Shown here: in pieces, positions 48,751-59,132 of the stretch
How positions within the stretch are numbered: position 1 is the stretch's first letter
How the letters are laid out: each line of letters begins with the position of its first letter
Translations under genes and position numbers: made by a program
Notes under the pieces: model-generated
What the model saw: the letters and a program-made list of their open reading frames with translations, nothing else
Database searches by the model: none
What the model was told of the DNA's origin: nothing
From: an uncultured Pseudomonadota bacterium
GTDB taxonomy: Bacteria; Myxococcota_A; Polyangia; Fen-1088
Assembly (NCBI GenBank): GCA_963847705.1
Contig: CAWKBC010000044.1
Location: 1-64,000, forward strand
Direction: 5' to 3'
DNA: 64,000 bases

Positions 48751-51068
48751 GCACCGTCGTCGCCTTGATTCTCTGGTTCGCCGTCACCAGCTACGCGGTC
48801 TTCGGCGGCGCCGACTACGGCGCCGGTTTCTGGGATCTGACGGCGGGCGGCGCCCGGCGCGGCGCCCCGGCGCGGGCACTCATCGATCACGCGATGGCGC
48901 CGGTCTGGGAGGCCAACAACGTCTGGCTGATCCTCGCGCTGGTGGTGCTCTGGACCGCGTTCCCCCGGGCCTTCGCCGCGATCATGTCGACGCTCTACCT
49001 GCCGATGGCCCTGGCGGCGGCCGGGATCGTGCTGCGCGGCTCGGGCTTCGTGTTTCGCGAGGCGACGCGCGCGCTGACCGGACGCCGCCTCTTCGGCGCC
49101 ACCTTCGCGCTGTCGTCGGTCGTCACGCCCTTCTTCCTCGGCGCGAGCTTCGGCGCGATCGCCTCGGGGCGGGTGCACGCCGCCGATGCGGTGGTCGATC
49201 CGATGGCGCGAATCGCCGGCTGGTGCGGCCCAACCTCGATCCTGGTCGGCGTGCTGGCGGTGTCGAGCGCGGCTTTTCTCGCAGCGGTCTTTCTCGTCTT
49301 CGACGCGCGGCGGGTGGACGAGACGCTGGACCGCGCCTTCAGGTGGCGGGCGGTGGGAAGCGGCCTCGTGACCGGCCTCATCGCCATCGTCGGGCTGTTC
49401 GTCATCCGCGGCGACGCGCCGTTTCTGTTTCATGGCCTGGTGCACGAGGGGCTCCCCTTCGTGCTGCTCTCCGGGGCTTGCGGCGGCGCGGTCGTCGTCC
49501 TGCTCACCCAGGGGATCACGCGCGGCACGCGGGCGCTGGCCGTCATGGCGGTGGTGAGCGTGCTGGCCGGGTGGGGCGTGGCGCAGTACCCCTACCTGCT
49601 GCCGACCTCTCTCACCCTGGAGGCGGCGGCGGGCGCGACCCGCTCGCTCGGCTGGCTGGTGGCCGTGTTCCTGCTCGCCTGCGTCACCGCCGTCCCGGCC
49701 CTGGCGCTGCTCTACGTTCTCGACCAGCGCAGCCGGCTGCAGCGTGGCTCGGCGGTCGAGGGAGAGAAACCCGGGAGCCGCCACCGGGTGGTGATCGTGG
49801 GCGGCGGCTTCGGCGGACTCTTCGCCACCCGCGCGCTCGGCTGGTCGCCGGTGGACGTCACCCTGGTCGACCGCGAGCCCCACCATCTGTTCCAGCCGCT
49901 GCTCTACCAGGTCGCGACCGGCATCCTCTCCGAGGGGGAGGTCGCCCCCTCGCTGCGGCACATCCTGCGCTTTCAAGAGAACGCCGCGGTGCTGCTGGCC
50001 GAGGTCACCGGCTTCGATCTCGAGCGTCGCGAGGTTCAAGCCCGTCGCCCCGACGGCGTCGCGATGGTGCTCCCCTACGACAGCCTGATCGTCGCGGCCG
50101 GCGCCGGGATGTCGTACTTCGGCCGCGACGAGCTGGCCGAGCACGCCCCCGGGATGAAGACGCTGGACGACGCGCTCCGGCTGCGGCGGCGCCTGCTGCA
50201 GTCGCTGGAGATGGCGGAGCTCAGCGAAGATCCCCACAGGCAAGAGGGGTGGCTGACGGTGGCCATCGTCGGCGCCGGCCCCACCGGCGTCGAGATCGCC
50301 GGCCAGGTCCGCGCGCTGGCCATGCGCGCCCTCGGCACCAGCTTCCGACGAATCGATCCCGCGCGGGTTCGCGTCCTGCTGCTCGACGCCGGTCACGAGC
50401 CGCTCAGTCAGTTCGGCGATCGGCTGTCGGAGATCGCCACGCGCGAGCTCGACACGATGGGCGTGGAGCTGCGGATGGGCGTCAGGGTCACGGCGGTCGA
50501 CGACGAGTCGGTCACCTTCGAGGGGCCAGGCGGTCCCGAGCGGATCGAGGCGCGCACCGTCATCTGGGCGGCCGGCGTCCAGGCCTCGCCGCTGGCGCGT
50601 CTGCTCGCGGAGGCGTCGGGCGCCGTCTGCGATCGGGCGGGCCGGGTGGAGACCCGGCCCGACTGCACCCTGCCGAAGCATCCAGAGGTCTTCGCCATCG
50701 GTGACATGACCAGCCTCGATCGGCTCCCCGGCGTCGCCGAGGTCGCCATGCAGGAGGGCCTTCACGCCGCCAGAGCCATCCGCCTGCGGGTGGCCGGAAA
50801 GCCGACCCACACGCCGTTCCGGTACCGGGACCTCGGCAGCATGGCGACGGTGGGGCGCTTTCGCGCGGTGGTCAGCCTCAAGGGCCTTCGGGTGGGCGGC
50901 CTGCTCGGCTGGCTGACCTGGGCGGTCATTCACCTCACCTTCCTCACCGGCTTCGCCAACCGCTTCGCCACCCTCTTCCACTGGGTACGCACCTTCCTCG
51001 GTCGCAGCCGCAGCCAGATCGCCTACAGCGCAAGGTTCACGAAGACGCGGCCGTCGGCTCCGCGCTGA
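48747..51068 (+). CDS. Fusion of cytochrome bd subunit II (CydB) and type II NADH dehydrogenase (NDH-2), 773 aa
   Basis: GTGA overlap with cydA and AGGAGG RBS. CydB motifs GGADYGAG, PVWEANNVWL, LRGSGF. Then in frame VVIVGGGFGG, FQPLLYQVATG, VGAGPTGVEIAG, WAAG, FAIGD, AEVAMQEG, YRDLGSMA. Confidence 0.92.
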   Translation: MSTVVALILWFAVTSYAVFGGADYGAGFWDLTAGGARRGAPARALIDHAMAPVWEANNVWLILALVVLWTAFPRAFAAIMSTLYLPMALAAAGIVLRGSGFVFREATRALTGRRLFGATFALSSVVTPFFLGASFGAIASGRVHAADAVVDPMARIAGWCGPTSILVGVLAVSSAAFLAAVFLVFDARRVDETLDRAFRWRAVGSGLVTGLIAIVGLFVIRGDAPFLFHGLVHEGLPFVLLSGACGGAVVVLLTQGITRGTRALAVMAVVSVLAGWGVAQYPYLLPTSLTLEAAAGATRSLGWLVAVFLLACVTAVPALALLYVLDQRSRLQRGSAVEGEKPGSRHRVVIVGGGFGGLFATRALGWSPVDVTLVDREPHHLFQPLLYQVATGILSEGEVAPSLRHILRFQENAAVLLAEVTGFDLERREVQARRPDGVAMVLPYDSLIVAAGAGMSYFGRDELAEHAPGMKTLDDALRLRRRLLQSLEMAELSEDPHRQEGWLTVAIVGAGPTGVEIAGQVRALAMRALGTSFRRIDPARVRVLLLDAGHEPLSQFGDRLSEIATRELDTMGVELRMGVRVTAVDDESVTFEGPGGPERIEARTVIWAAGVQASPLARLLAEASGAVCDRAGRVETRPDCTLPKHPEVFAIGDMTSLDRLPGVAEVAMQEGLHAARAIRLRVAGKPTHTPFRYRDLGSMATVGRFRAVVSLKGLRVGGLLGWLTWAVIHLTFLTGFANRFATLFHWVRTFLGRSRSQIAYSARFTKTRPSAPR

Positions 51069-51094
51069 TGCGCGGAGGCGCCCGCGAAGCGGCG

Positions 51095-52120
51095 CTACTC
51101 CGAGGAGCGGCGGGGACTGGCGGCCGGGGGAGCGAGCTCGGGCTTGTCGAGCACGACGGCCGATGCTGGCCGGCGACGATCACCGCCGGCCAGGCGCAAA
51201 TACTCGCGCGGGGTCGCCTGCAGGCGCGCGCGGAACACCCGGTGGAACTGCGCGTAGCTGCCGAACCCCGAATCCAGCGCCGCCTCGAGCAGGTTGGTGT
51301 AGCCGCGATCCATCAGCGCCACGAACCGCTCCAGCCGGAGCCCGTTTCGGTATTCCACCAGCGACGTCCCCTTGAGGGTCTTGAAGACGCGCGCCAGGCG
51401 CGAAAGGCTGATGTTCAACGCCGCCGCGATCTCCTTTCCGCCCATGCGCGGATCCCGGTTGAGCATCTCCACCGTCGCCGAGACCAGCGACTGGCTGGGC
51501 GACTCCCCCGAGGGGCCGGCGCGGCGGCCCAGGAGGCCCCGGACAGGATCGAGCATCGACCCGAGCATCGAGCAGAGGATGGCCGCGTGGGCCTGCTTCG
51601 CCTCGTCGACCGGAGCCCCGGTCAGCCCGGCGTCGTTGAACAGCATCCCGATCGCCCCGTTCGTCGACCGGATGGGCGTCTTTGCCACCCAGCCGCGCCC
51701 CGCCACCCGGGTCTCGCCGCGCTGGTGCTCGATGATCGGGCAGTTCTCGAACACCGTGAAGTGCACCCCTTCGTCGGTGGAGCGACGAAGCGCTTCCTGA
51801 TCGGTCTCGCAGAGATCGTAGATGACGTGGTGCTCGTCGACGACGGCGCAGGAGAGGTCCATCCCCCAGGTCCCCAGCATCACGTTGCGTGAGGGATCGA
51901 GCACGAAGATGCCGGCGCGTTTGAGCCCGATGCGATCACGCGCGAGCTCGATGGCGCGCCGCAGGAGGAGATCCGTATCCTCGATGGTGCGAATCTCGTC
52001 CAGCGCCATCAACAGCGAGGTCAGTCCCCCCCGCGCAGAGCCCGCCACCACCTTGGGCGCGGGCGCGCCAGGCCACAGGAGGCTCGGCCAGTTCGCACGC
52101 CGCCCAGTCGTCCTCACCAC
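51095..52120 (-). CDS. AraC-family regulator with N-terminal GAF-like domain (start uncertain)
   Basis: IAAALNISLSRLARVFK...AALDSGFGSYAQFHRVFR. Confidence 0.85.
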   Translation of the reverse strand: MVRTTGRRANWPSLLWPGAPAPKVVAGSARGGLTSLLMALDEIRTIEDTDLLLRRAIELARDRIGLKRAGIFVLDPSRNVMLGTWGMDLSCAVVDEHHVIYDLCETDQEALRRSTDEGVHFTVFENCPIIEHQRGETRVAGRGWVAKTPIRSTNGAIGMLFNDAGLTGAPVDEAKQAHAAILCSMLGSMLDPVRGLLGRRAGPSGESPSQSLVSATVEMLNRDPRMGGKEIAAALNISLSRLARVFKTLKGTSLVEYRNGLRLERFVALMDRGYTNLLEAALDSGFGSYAQFHRVFRARLQATPREYLRLAGGDRRRPASAVVLDKPELAPPAASPRRSSE

Positions 52121-52389
52121 AATCCAATATTCCCAGAACTTCCGTTTTGAGCCAACTCCCAGCATGAAAATGACGCCCAAATGCGTCTCAGGATGAGCTC
52201 CGGGGGCGGCGTTGCGGGCAAGCCTCGCCCGTTCTGGCCCTGTTTTCATGGCCCAGCTCGGCAAGGGCCCCGCGAGAACCCTGGGCCTTCCCCCTGGGGG
52301 ACCGGACTGTCGCCCGCCGGCGACCCCGCCCCGATGCGCCTGGTCAAACGGGGCTCTGCGACGCCGGCGATCTACGATGGGCGCAGTCG

Positions 52390-53154
52390 ATGAGCCTCGG
52401 ACGTCGCAAGGTCGGTCTGGAAGAACAGTCGCGGTGGGTCTTCAACCGGATGGCGGCCTTCTACGCGGCCCGCCCGGCCTACCCCACTCCGCTGATCGAC
52501 GCGCTCGCCGAGCTGGCGGGTCCCGTCGGCAGCCGGATCGGCGATCTCGGCGCGGGGGTTGGCCACCTGGCGCTGCCGCTGGCGGAGCGGGGCCACCAGG
52601 TGGTGGCGATCGAGCCGGCCCAGGAGATGCTCGACCAGCTGCGGGCCGCGGCGGCGGAGAAGCGGCTCGCGCTGCGCGCGCTTCACGCCGCCGCCGAGGC
52701 GTTGCCGCTCGAGTCCGCCTCCCTCGATCTGGTGGTCATCGCGGACGCGCTTCACTTCCTGGACACCGAGCTCACCGCGCGGCAGATCGCGCGTGTGCTG
52801 GCGCCGGGGGGCGCGCTGGCGCTCGTCACCTGCGGGTTCGGGCAGACGCCGTTCATGCGCGGCGTGGTCCGGCTGATGGAGGAGGCTGCCCCGCGCCGAC
52901 CGCGCGCGCTGACCCAGTCGATCGTTCACCTCTCCGCGCTGTCGGGCGTGCCGCTGACGGACGAGCGCCGCTTTCACGACGAGACGCCGATCGACCACCC
53001 GACCCTGGAACGGATCCTGCGCTCGATCTCGTTCATCGGACCGGCGATGAACGTGGCGCGCTTCGCCGCCCTGCGCGAGCGCGTCCACGCGCTGCCGGAG
53101 GCGCCGTCCTGGGCGCGCACGTTCGTCCTCCGATCGGGGCGTCGCCGTGGCTAG
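52390..53154 (+). CDS. Class I SAM-dependent methyltransferase
   Basis: YAARPAYP, DLGAGVG, AIEP, AEALPL. Confidence 0.88.
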   Translation: MSLGRRKVGLEEQSRWVFNRMAAFYAARPAYPTPLIDALAELAGPVGSRIGDLGAGVGHLALPLAERGHQVVAIEPAQEMLDQLRAAAAEKRLALRALHAAAEALPLESASLDLVVIADALHFLDTELTARQIARVLAPGGALALVTCGFGQTPFMRGVVRLMEEAAPRRPRALTQSIVHLSALSGVPLTDERRFHDETPIDHPTLERILRSISFIGPAMNVARFAALRERVHALPEAPSWARTFVLRSGRRRG

Positions 53155-54455
53155 GTGGCGCTCGGGACAGCGTCCTTGGTGCCCGCTTCGCTTCGCAGGT
53201 GCTGGCGAGGCAGCGTGACCGTGAAGGTCGTGCCGTCCGCTTCGGACGACTGGCAGTCGACGGTCCCCTGGTGGGCGGCCACGATCTGGCCGACGATGAA
53301 GAGGCCCAGACCCAGTCCTTGACGCCCCCTCTCCGCCTGCTCACTCCCGCGCCGCATCGGCTGAAACAACACCGCGGCCGTCTCGGGTGGGATGGCCGGT
53401 CCCTGGTTGTGGACCTCGAGAAGGAGCGAGTCAGGGGTGCCGCCCGAGGAGACCCGGACCGATGTTCCCGGCGGACTGTAGCTGCTGGCGTTGCGCACCA
53501 GATTGGTGAGGACCTGGGCGAGACGGTCCGCGTCCCCCTCGCCCCGCCCATCGCCGGACTGCTCGAGCTGAATCTCGCGTCCGAGATGCGCCGCCTGGAG
53601 CTCGTCGACGATCTGCCGCGTCAAGGCGTGGAGATCGAGCGATTTCCTGTGGACCGGAATTCCACCTCCGATGCGGGCCTGGGTGAAATCGAGCAGGTCC
53701 CGAATCATCCGCTCGGCGCGACGGCCGGAGGAGACGATCCGAGCGGCCGTCTTGGTCTGCTTGTCGTTGAGGTCCCCGCGTTGGATGAGGACGGCGGCCG
53801 AGATGAGCATGGCGCTCAACGGATTGCGCAGGTCATGACTGACGATGCCGACGAGGTATTGCTCGAACTCGATCCGCTCCCGAAGGCTCCGATTCACCCG
53901 CGCCAGCTGCGCCTGATGGTCCTTGAGCTCGGCCAGCGCGCGAATCAACTCCTGGTTCTGCCGCCGAACCTCCTCGAACGGGCTCTCGAATCCGGGCCGG
54001 GAGAGCTCGGTTTCAATCAGGGTGAGCAGCTCGGGTGTGACTCTCGGCGCCTGCTCCGGCAGGAGCTTTCTCATCTCGACCGTCGTCCCGCGACCCATGG
54101 CGGTGTCGACCTGCAGGCCATCCATCAGTTTTTTCGAGCCGACCAGCCCCACGCCCAGGCCGGTCCGCGATCTGACCTGTCCGCCGAGGATGGCCGGCAG
54201 ATTGCCGATCCCGGGACCGCTGTCGCTCACCCGAACGAAGAACGCCGCGGGCGCCTCCGCCTCGACGCTGAACTGCACCCGCCCGCCGTGCGCATACTGA
54301 AAGGCATTGCGCGCCACCTCGGAGGCCGCGGTGGCGATGCGCGTTTGGTCCTGCAGGTCGAAGCCGAACAGCGTGGCCAGCTGCCGCGCCCGCTGGCGCA
54401 CCCGCACCACGTCCGGTTCGGCGCGAATCTCCAGACTGAGAAGCACCGGGCTCAT
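53151..54455 (-). CDS. Histidine kinase with N-terminal RsbT-like HATPase domain (stressosome output)
   Basis: ATAASEVARNAFQYA N-domain, coiled coil, VSHDLRNPL, NLVRNA, GLGLGL. Confidence 0.9.
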   Translation of the reverse strand: MSPVLLSLEIRAEPDVVRVRQRARQLATLFGFDLQDQTRIATAASEVARNAFQYAHGGRVQFSVEAEAPAAFFVRVSDSGPGIGNLPAILGGQVRSRTGLGVGLVGSKKLMDGLQVDTAMGRGTTVEMRKLLPEQAPRVTPELLTLIETELSRPGFESPFEEVRRQNQELIRALAELKDHQAQLARVNRSLRERIEFEQYLVGIVSHDLRNPLSAMLISAAVLIQRGDLNDKQTKTAARIVSSGRRAERMIRDLLDFTQARIGGGIPVHRKSLDLHALTRQIVDELQAAHLGREIQLEQSGDGRGEGDADRLAQVLTNLVRNASSYSPPGTSVRVSSGGTPDSLLLEVHNQGPAIPPETAAVLFQPMRRGSEQAERGRQGLGLGLFIVGQIVAAHQGTVDCQSSEADGTTFTVTLPRQHLRSEAGTKDAVPSAT

Positions 54456-55483
54456 CGCGCGCGCTCTCGGGCGACCACCACGACCACATCGTCCCGGCGC
54501 CGGACGAAGTCTCGGTAGAGAACGCCGGCGATCAGACTGGGGGTCTTTTGACTCAACCCCGGGTAGGAATCGAGCTCCCAGCTGTTCGAGAGCCCATCCG
54601 AATGCATCACCACGATCCCCCCGTCCGGCCAAGGATGGCCGAACTGCTGGATGTGCTCGATGGACTGCCCCGCGGTGCCGTTGTGAGAGACCAGGCTTCT
54701 GGAGCGCGCATGTGACGAGATCAGGGTCCCGGCGATGTTGCCGACTCCGGCGAAGTGGAGCTCCCGCCTTGCCCACTCGATCTCGGCGACGGCCGCCGCC
54801 GCGCCTCGCGTGCCCTGCAGAGCCACGTCGAGCGTGCGAAGAAGCGACTCCGGCCCTCCCCCCGCTTGCTCCCCGAAGGCCAGAAGGGCCTTGCCCGCGG
54901 CGGCAAAAGCGTGAGGGCCGTGCCCGAGCCCGTCCACCACCAGGATCGTGGAGAGGCCTCGACCGTCGCGCACCGCCCAGGCGTCGCCGCTCACCTCTTC
55001 CCCCTGCTTGGCCACGCAAACGGCGCCCCACTCGAGGACCGAGCCGGTCGAGCCCGCGGCGCCGTCGCCAATGCGCGCCAGGATCGCCGTGCCCTTTCCC
55101 GGCGCCGAGAAGACGTCGAAGGTCGTCGACAATCGCGCGATGGCACCGAGCCCCACGCCCCGCGAGCCTCCGGTGGAGAAGCCGTCCCGCATGCAGGCAC
55201 TAACGTTCGCCATACCGGGGCCCTGGTCGAGGGCCAGGAGCTCCAGACAACAAGCCGGGGACCTCGCCCCCCACGTGCGGAGGAGCAACTCGCCGCCGCC
55301 CCCATGCTGGACCAGGTTGGTCGAGGCCTCGGTGACGACCAGCGCCACGCGTTCCGCGTCTGTCTGACTGAAACCGATCGCCTCCGCGCGGGCGGTTGCC
55401 AGCCGACGGGCGGCGCCCACCCCGCTCAGCTCGAGAACGGGGATGGACGTGGAGAGGTAACTGGCCGGCAAGGTCACGCCCAT
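54452..55483 (-). CDS. HATPase + PPM/SpoIIE phosphatase (RsbX-like)
   Basis: EASTNLVQH, DQGPG, SGD, DGLGHG, HSDGL, DD. Confidence 0.88.
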   Translation of the reverse strand: MGVTLPASYLSTSIPVLELSGVGAARRLATARAEAIGFSQTDAERVALVVTEASTNLVQHGGGGELLLRTWGARSPACCLELLALDQGPGMANVSACMRDGFSTGGSRGVGLGAIARLSTTFDVFSAPGKGTAILARIGDGAAGSTGSVLEWGAVCVAKQGEEVSGDAWAVRDGRGLSTILVVDGLGHGPHAFAAAGKALLAFGEQAGGGPESLLRTLDVALQGTRGAAAAVAEIEWARRELHFAGVGNIAGTLISSHARSRSLVSHNGTAGQSIEHIQQFGHPWPDGGIVVMHSDGLSNSWELDSYPGLSQKTPSLIAGVLYRDFVRRRDDVVVVVARERAR

Positions 55484-55869
55484 TGCGTCACCACCACGCG
55501 CGTGCCCTCGCCGGGGCGCGAGTCGACCTCGAACTCGTTCACCAGGCGCCGGGCTCCACCAAACCCCAGGCCCAGGCCGCCCCCGGTGGTAAAGCCGTTC
55601 GTCAGCGCCTGCTCGACGTCGGCAATGCCAGGGCCCTCGTCTTCGAAGGTCAGCCGAAGCCCGCGCCGCTGGCGGTCGACCAGCGTCTCCATCCGGACAC
55701 TTCCGCCGCCGCCGTGGGTGAGAGCGTTGCGACCGAGCTCGCTGGCCGCCGTGACGAGCTTCGTCTGGTTCAAGCTGGAAAAGCCCAGCTCGGCCGCCCA
55801 CTCCCGCACCATCTGGCGAACGAGAAGGAGATCCTTCTCCTCGCGAATGGGCAACGTTTCACGCATCAC
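55474..55869 (-). CDS. rsbT: Stressosome kinase RsbT
   Basis: TAASELGRNAL, DEGPGI, GFTTGGGLGLG. Confidence 0.92.
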   Translation of the reverse strand: MMRETLPIREEKDLLLVRQMVREWAAELGFSSLNQTKLVTAASELGRNALTHGGGGSVRMETLVDRQRRGLRLTFEDEGPGIADVEQALTNGFTTGGGLGLGFGGARRLVNEFEVDSRPGEGTRVVVTQWA

Positions 55870-56245
55870 CTGACGCGTCCGGGCCTTCTCCCGACCTGGC
55901 GGCGCTCAGGAGCGCCATCCCTCGCTCCGCGTTGAGCGCTGTTCGGATGCCGGGCAGCGCGACCCCCATCTCCACCAGGGTCATGGCGACGGTGGGCCGC
56001 ATCCCGACCAGCACCGTGTCGGCGTCGAGGACCTGCGACATCTGCGCGATGTCTCCCATCACCCGGGCAATGTAGGAATCCACCGTGTCCAGCGCCGAGA
56101 TGTCGATGAGAACCCCGCGCGCTTTCGTCTCGGCCACGCGCTGGCAAACGTCGTCCTGGAGCGCGGTGGCGAGCCTGTCGTACATGTCCACCTGAATGGT
56201 GACCAGCAAGAACTCGCCCATGTGCAGGATGGGGATGCGTTCCAT
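55859..56245 (-). CDS. rsbS: Stressosome STAS protein RsbS
   Basis: IPIL, GVLIDISALDTVDSY (phosphoacceptor Ser), GMRPTVAMTLVEMG. Confidence 0.92.
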   Translation of the reverse strand: MERIPILHMGEFLLVTIQVDMYDRLATALQDDVCQRVAETKARGVLIDISALDTVDSYIARVMGDIAQMSQVLDADTVLVGMRPTVAMTLVEMGVALPGIRTALNAERGMALLSAARSGEGPDASGDA

Positions 56246-56254
56246 GCGGAGCCT

Positions 56255-57130
56255 CTACCCGTTGCCGCTCGGGCCCGAGATCGGTTTCACCGCCAGGGCT
56301 CGCTGCTTGAAGGCCACCGCCAGGGCGCCGGCCAGGGTGGATTTCGTGATGACGCCGGCCAGGTTCACGCCGAGGTGGACCATCGTCTGGGCGATTTGAG
56401 GGCGCACCCCAGAAATGATGCATTCGGCGCCCATCAAGCGCGTGGCGTTCACGGTCTTGAGAAGATTCTGGGCCGTCTGCGTGTCGACGGTGGGAACCCC
56501 GGTGATGTCGATGATGGCGAATTGCGCCTGCGTGTGGGCGATCCGCTCGAGCAGCGTCTCCATGACCAGCTGGGTGCGCTTGGAGTCGAGCGTGCCGATG
56601 ATGGGGAGGCCCAGAATGCCTTGCCACAGCTCCACCACCGGGGTCGACAGCTCGAACATCTCCTTCGCCTGCCGGCCGATGATGTCTTCGCGCGACTTGA
56701 TGAAGGCCTCGGTGGTGTAGAGGCCGAGCTTGTCGAGCAGCGCGGTGGCGCGCCACAGGTCCTCGGCGAGGCCGTCCAGGTCGTCGTGGCTCTGCCGCAG
56801 CCGCGTGAACAGCGGCTGTTTGAAGGAGAGGACGAAGGTGGCGGTCTCGGAGGAGGTGAAGCCCTGAATGGCCCGCGATCGACTCAGCTCATCGAGCATC
56901 TCGCGCAGAGGGGCCCACTGCGGCCCCTGGATGTGCATGAGGTCGTTGCCGCGCGCCGCGAGGCGAAGCAGCTCGAGGAACCGTCCAGACTGCTCGCGCA
57001 GGTCCCCCTCCTTCAAGAGGTCCGGCCGCGCCGTCGTGGCGGTCACCTGTTCTTCCATCCAGTCCGCCAGGATGCCGGCTTCCTGTTTCTCCAGGACCTC
57101 CGGAATCTTCGTCTTCACCTCAGTGGCCAT
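56255..57130 (-). CDS. rsbR: Stressosome protein RsbR (RsbRD_N-like + STAS)
   Basis: SRSRAIQGFTSSETA, ELSTPVV, GTLDS, DITGVPTVDT. Confidence 0.92.
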   Translation of the reverse strand: MATEVKTKIPEVLEKQEAGILADWMEEQVTATTARPDLLKEGDLREQSGRFLELLRLAARGNDLMHIQGPQWAPLREMLDELSRSRAIQGFTSSETATFVLSFKQPLFTRLRQSHDDLDGLAEDLWRATALLDKLGLYTTEAFIKSREDIIGRQAKEMFELSTPVVELWQGILGLPIIGTLDSKRTQLVMETLLERIAHTQAQFAIIDITGVPTVDTQTAQNLLKTVNATRLMGAECIISGVRPQIAQTMVHLGVNLAGVITKSTLAGALAVAFKQRALAVKPISGPSGNG

Positions 57131-57635
57131 TTCCCGTCTCCTGGTTTGAACTTCTGACCGGCCTCTCGACGGTGAAGACGTGGCGCTCGTCAGCTGGATT
57201 CTTCACCGGACCGCTCTCCGCGCCGCCGACGCCCGTGGCGCGGCCGCAGAACCGAGCGATCTCAGGCGCGGCTCGCATCGCTTCCTGCTTCTCGATGCGC
57301 GACCAGGGTATCCATCGAAGCGCGCCGAGACCACGCAGGATCACCCGAGTGGCCTGTAAGGTTTTCCCGCCGGTCAAGCGGCGGGCCCTCAGCCCCACCT
57401 CCAGCTAGGGCCGCTCTGCGCTCGGTGAAGACCACCACAGGAGATTGCCGCTTCGATCCACGCCGCCGACGATTCCGACTCGCACGCTGTCTATCATAAC
57501 GGATGAATGTCTTGACCCGCGGCAAGGCAGGTGGCAAATAGAGCCCATGCGCTGCGAGGACGCCTCCTCCTCCTGTCCCTGGGCAGGGCGCCCACTCCCG
57601 GGTGCTCTGCCCGCGACGTCAACAGGAGGAATCGC

Positions 57636-59117
57636 ATGTCCATCCCATCTCGTTCGTGGAGAGCCCGTTCACCCTATTTCCTGAGCGGGGGCCTCGCCGT
57701 GCTGTTCGGCGCGGCCCTGACCCGAGCTGCCTCCGGCACGGAGGCGGCCGCCCCGCCGCCTCTGGTGCCGCCGCCGATCACCGTACTGACATCCAAGCCA
57801 GGCGTGGAGCCCGGCCTGATCTTCGTGGCGCCCAAGCAGACCCCGCCCGGCGCGACCCAGCAAGGACCGGAGATCATCGACAACCAGGGACGACCGGTCT
57901 GGTTCCAGGCGGTGGGGGCCAACCAGCAGGCAGCGAACTTCCGTGTCCAGCAGTACCGGGGCGAGTCGGTTGTGACCTGGTGGCAGGGGATTACGGTCCC
58001 GAACAGCCCTGGCGAAGGACAGGGGGTCAATTACGTTTACGACCACGCGTACCACCAGATCGCGGTGGTGGCCGCGGGGAACGGCTATCAGGCCGACCTG
58101 CACGAGTTCCGCATCACGCCGCGCGGGACGGCGTTCCTCACGATCTACAACCACATCCCGTATGACCTCTCGTCCGCGGGCGGGCCGGCGAACGGAATCG
58201 TGATCGACGGCGTCGCGCAGGAGGTGGACGTCGCCAGCGGCAAGGTGGTCTGGGAGTGGCACAGCATCGATCACGTTCCGCTGTCGGAGAGCCAGGTGGC
58301 GGCGCCGACCTCGGCCACCACGCCCTATGACTACTTCCACATCAACGCCATCAACTGGGACGACGACGGGAACGTCTTGATCGACTCCCGCAACGCCTGG
58401 ACGGCCTACAAGATCGACCGCCGCACGAAGGAGATCATCTGGCGCCAGGGGGGCAAGAGCTCGACGTTCGCGCTCACCACCGGCGACAACGGCACGCAGA
58501 CCGCCTGGCAGCACGATCCCGAGTTCGTGGACAACCGCACGCTGCGCTTCTTCGACAACGAGGCGGCACCCAGCGTGCTGCCGTATTCGCGCGTGGTCTG
58601 GATCCGGCAGAACCCGCACGACAAGACCTCGACGGTGGTGAAGCAGATCGTCCACCCCGACAGGATCCAGGCCGTATCGCAGGGGAACGCGCAGGCTCTG
58701 GACCGCGGTCACACCTTCGTGGGCTGGGGCGCCACCGGCCGCTTCTCGGAGTTCGACGCCGACGGCAACCTGCTGTTCGACGCCGCCGTCCCGGCGACCG
58801 GCGGCTGGGACGACTACCGCGCTTACCGCTTCGTCTGGCACGGGACGCCCGACTCCAGGCCGACCGCCACCGCCCAGAAGAACGCCGACGGCAGCATCAC
58901 CGTGCACGCCATCTGGAACGGCGCCACCGAGGTCGCGCGCTGGATCGTGATCGGCGGCGAGCGCGCCTCGGCCCTCTGGCCGCTCGGCTCGGGTGACTGG
59001 AACGGGCTCGACACCGCCATCACCTTGCAGAGCGACGCTCAGCATGTCGCCGTGGTGGCCGAGGACGCCCACGGGCGGCTGATCGGGCGTTCCACGTCGA
59101 TCGTCGTCACCCCCTGA
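57636..59117 (+). CDS. Arylsulfotransferase (ASST)-family secreted protein
   Basis: AGGAGG RBS, signal peptide, DLHEF, DYFHINAI, SRN, WQHD, FDN, SQGN, YRAYR. Confidence 0.85.
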   Translation: MSIPSRSWRARSPYFLSGGLAVLFGAALTRAASGTEAAAPPPLVPPPITVLTSKPGVEPGLIFVAPKQTPPGATQQGPEIIDNQGRPVWFQAVGANQQAANFRVQQYRGESVVTWWQGITVPNSPGEGQGVNYVYDHAYHQIAVVAAGNGYQADLHEFRITPRGTAFLTIYNHIPYDLSSAGGPANGIVIDGVAQEVDVASGKVVWEWHSIDHVPLSESQVAAPTSATTPYDYFHINAINWDDDGNVLIDSRNAWTAYKIDRRTKEIIWRQGGKSSTFALTTGDNGTQTAWQHDPEFVDNRTLRFFDNEAAPSVLPYSRVVWIRQNPHDKTSTVVKQIVHPDRIQAVSQGNAQALDRGHTFVGWGATGRFSEFDADGNLLFDAAVPATGGWDDYRAYRFVWHGTPDSRPTATAQKNADGSITVHAIWNGATEVARWIVIGGERASALWPLGSGDWNGLDTAITLQSDAQHVAVVAEDAHGRLIGRSTSIVVTP

Positions 59118-59132
59118 CGGGCGGCCGACCGG

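Noticed and set aside
53151-55031. 626-aa kinase and 449-aa phosphatase ORF extensions
   Set aside because: The extensions overlap upstream genes; coupled ATG starts at 54455 and 55483 fit better.
57525-57600. GGCAAA upstream of the ASST gene as a possible c-di-GMP riboswitch
   Set aside because: The GAAA tetraloop stem and GCAAAG elements of the GEMM-I motif are not evident.
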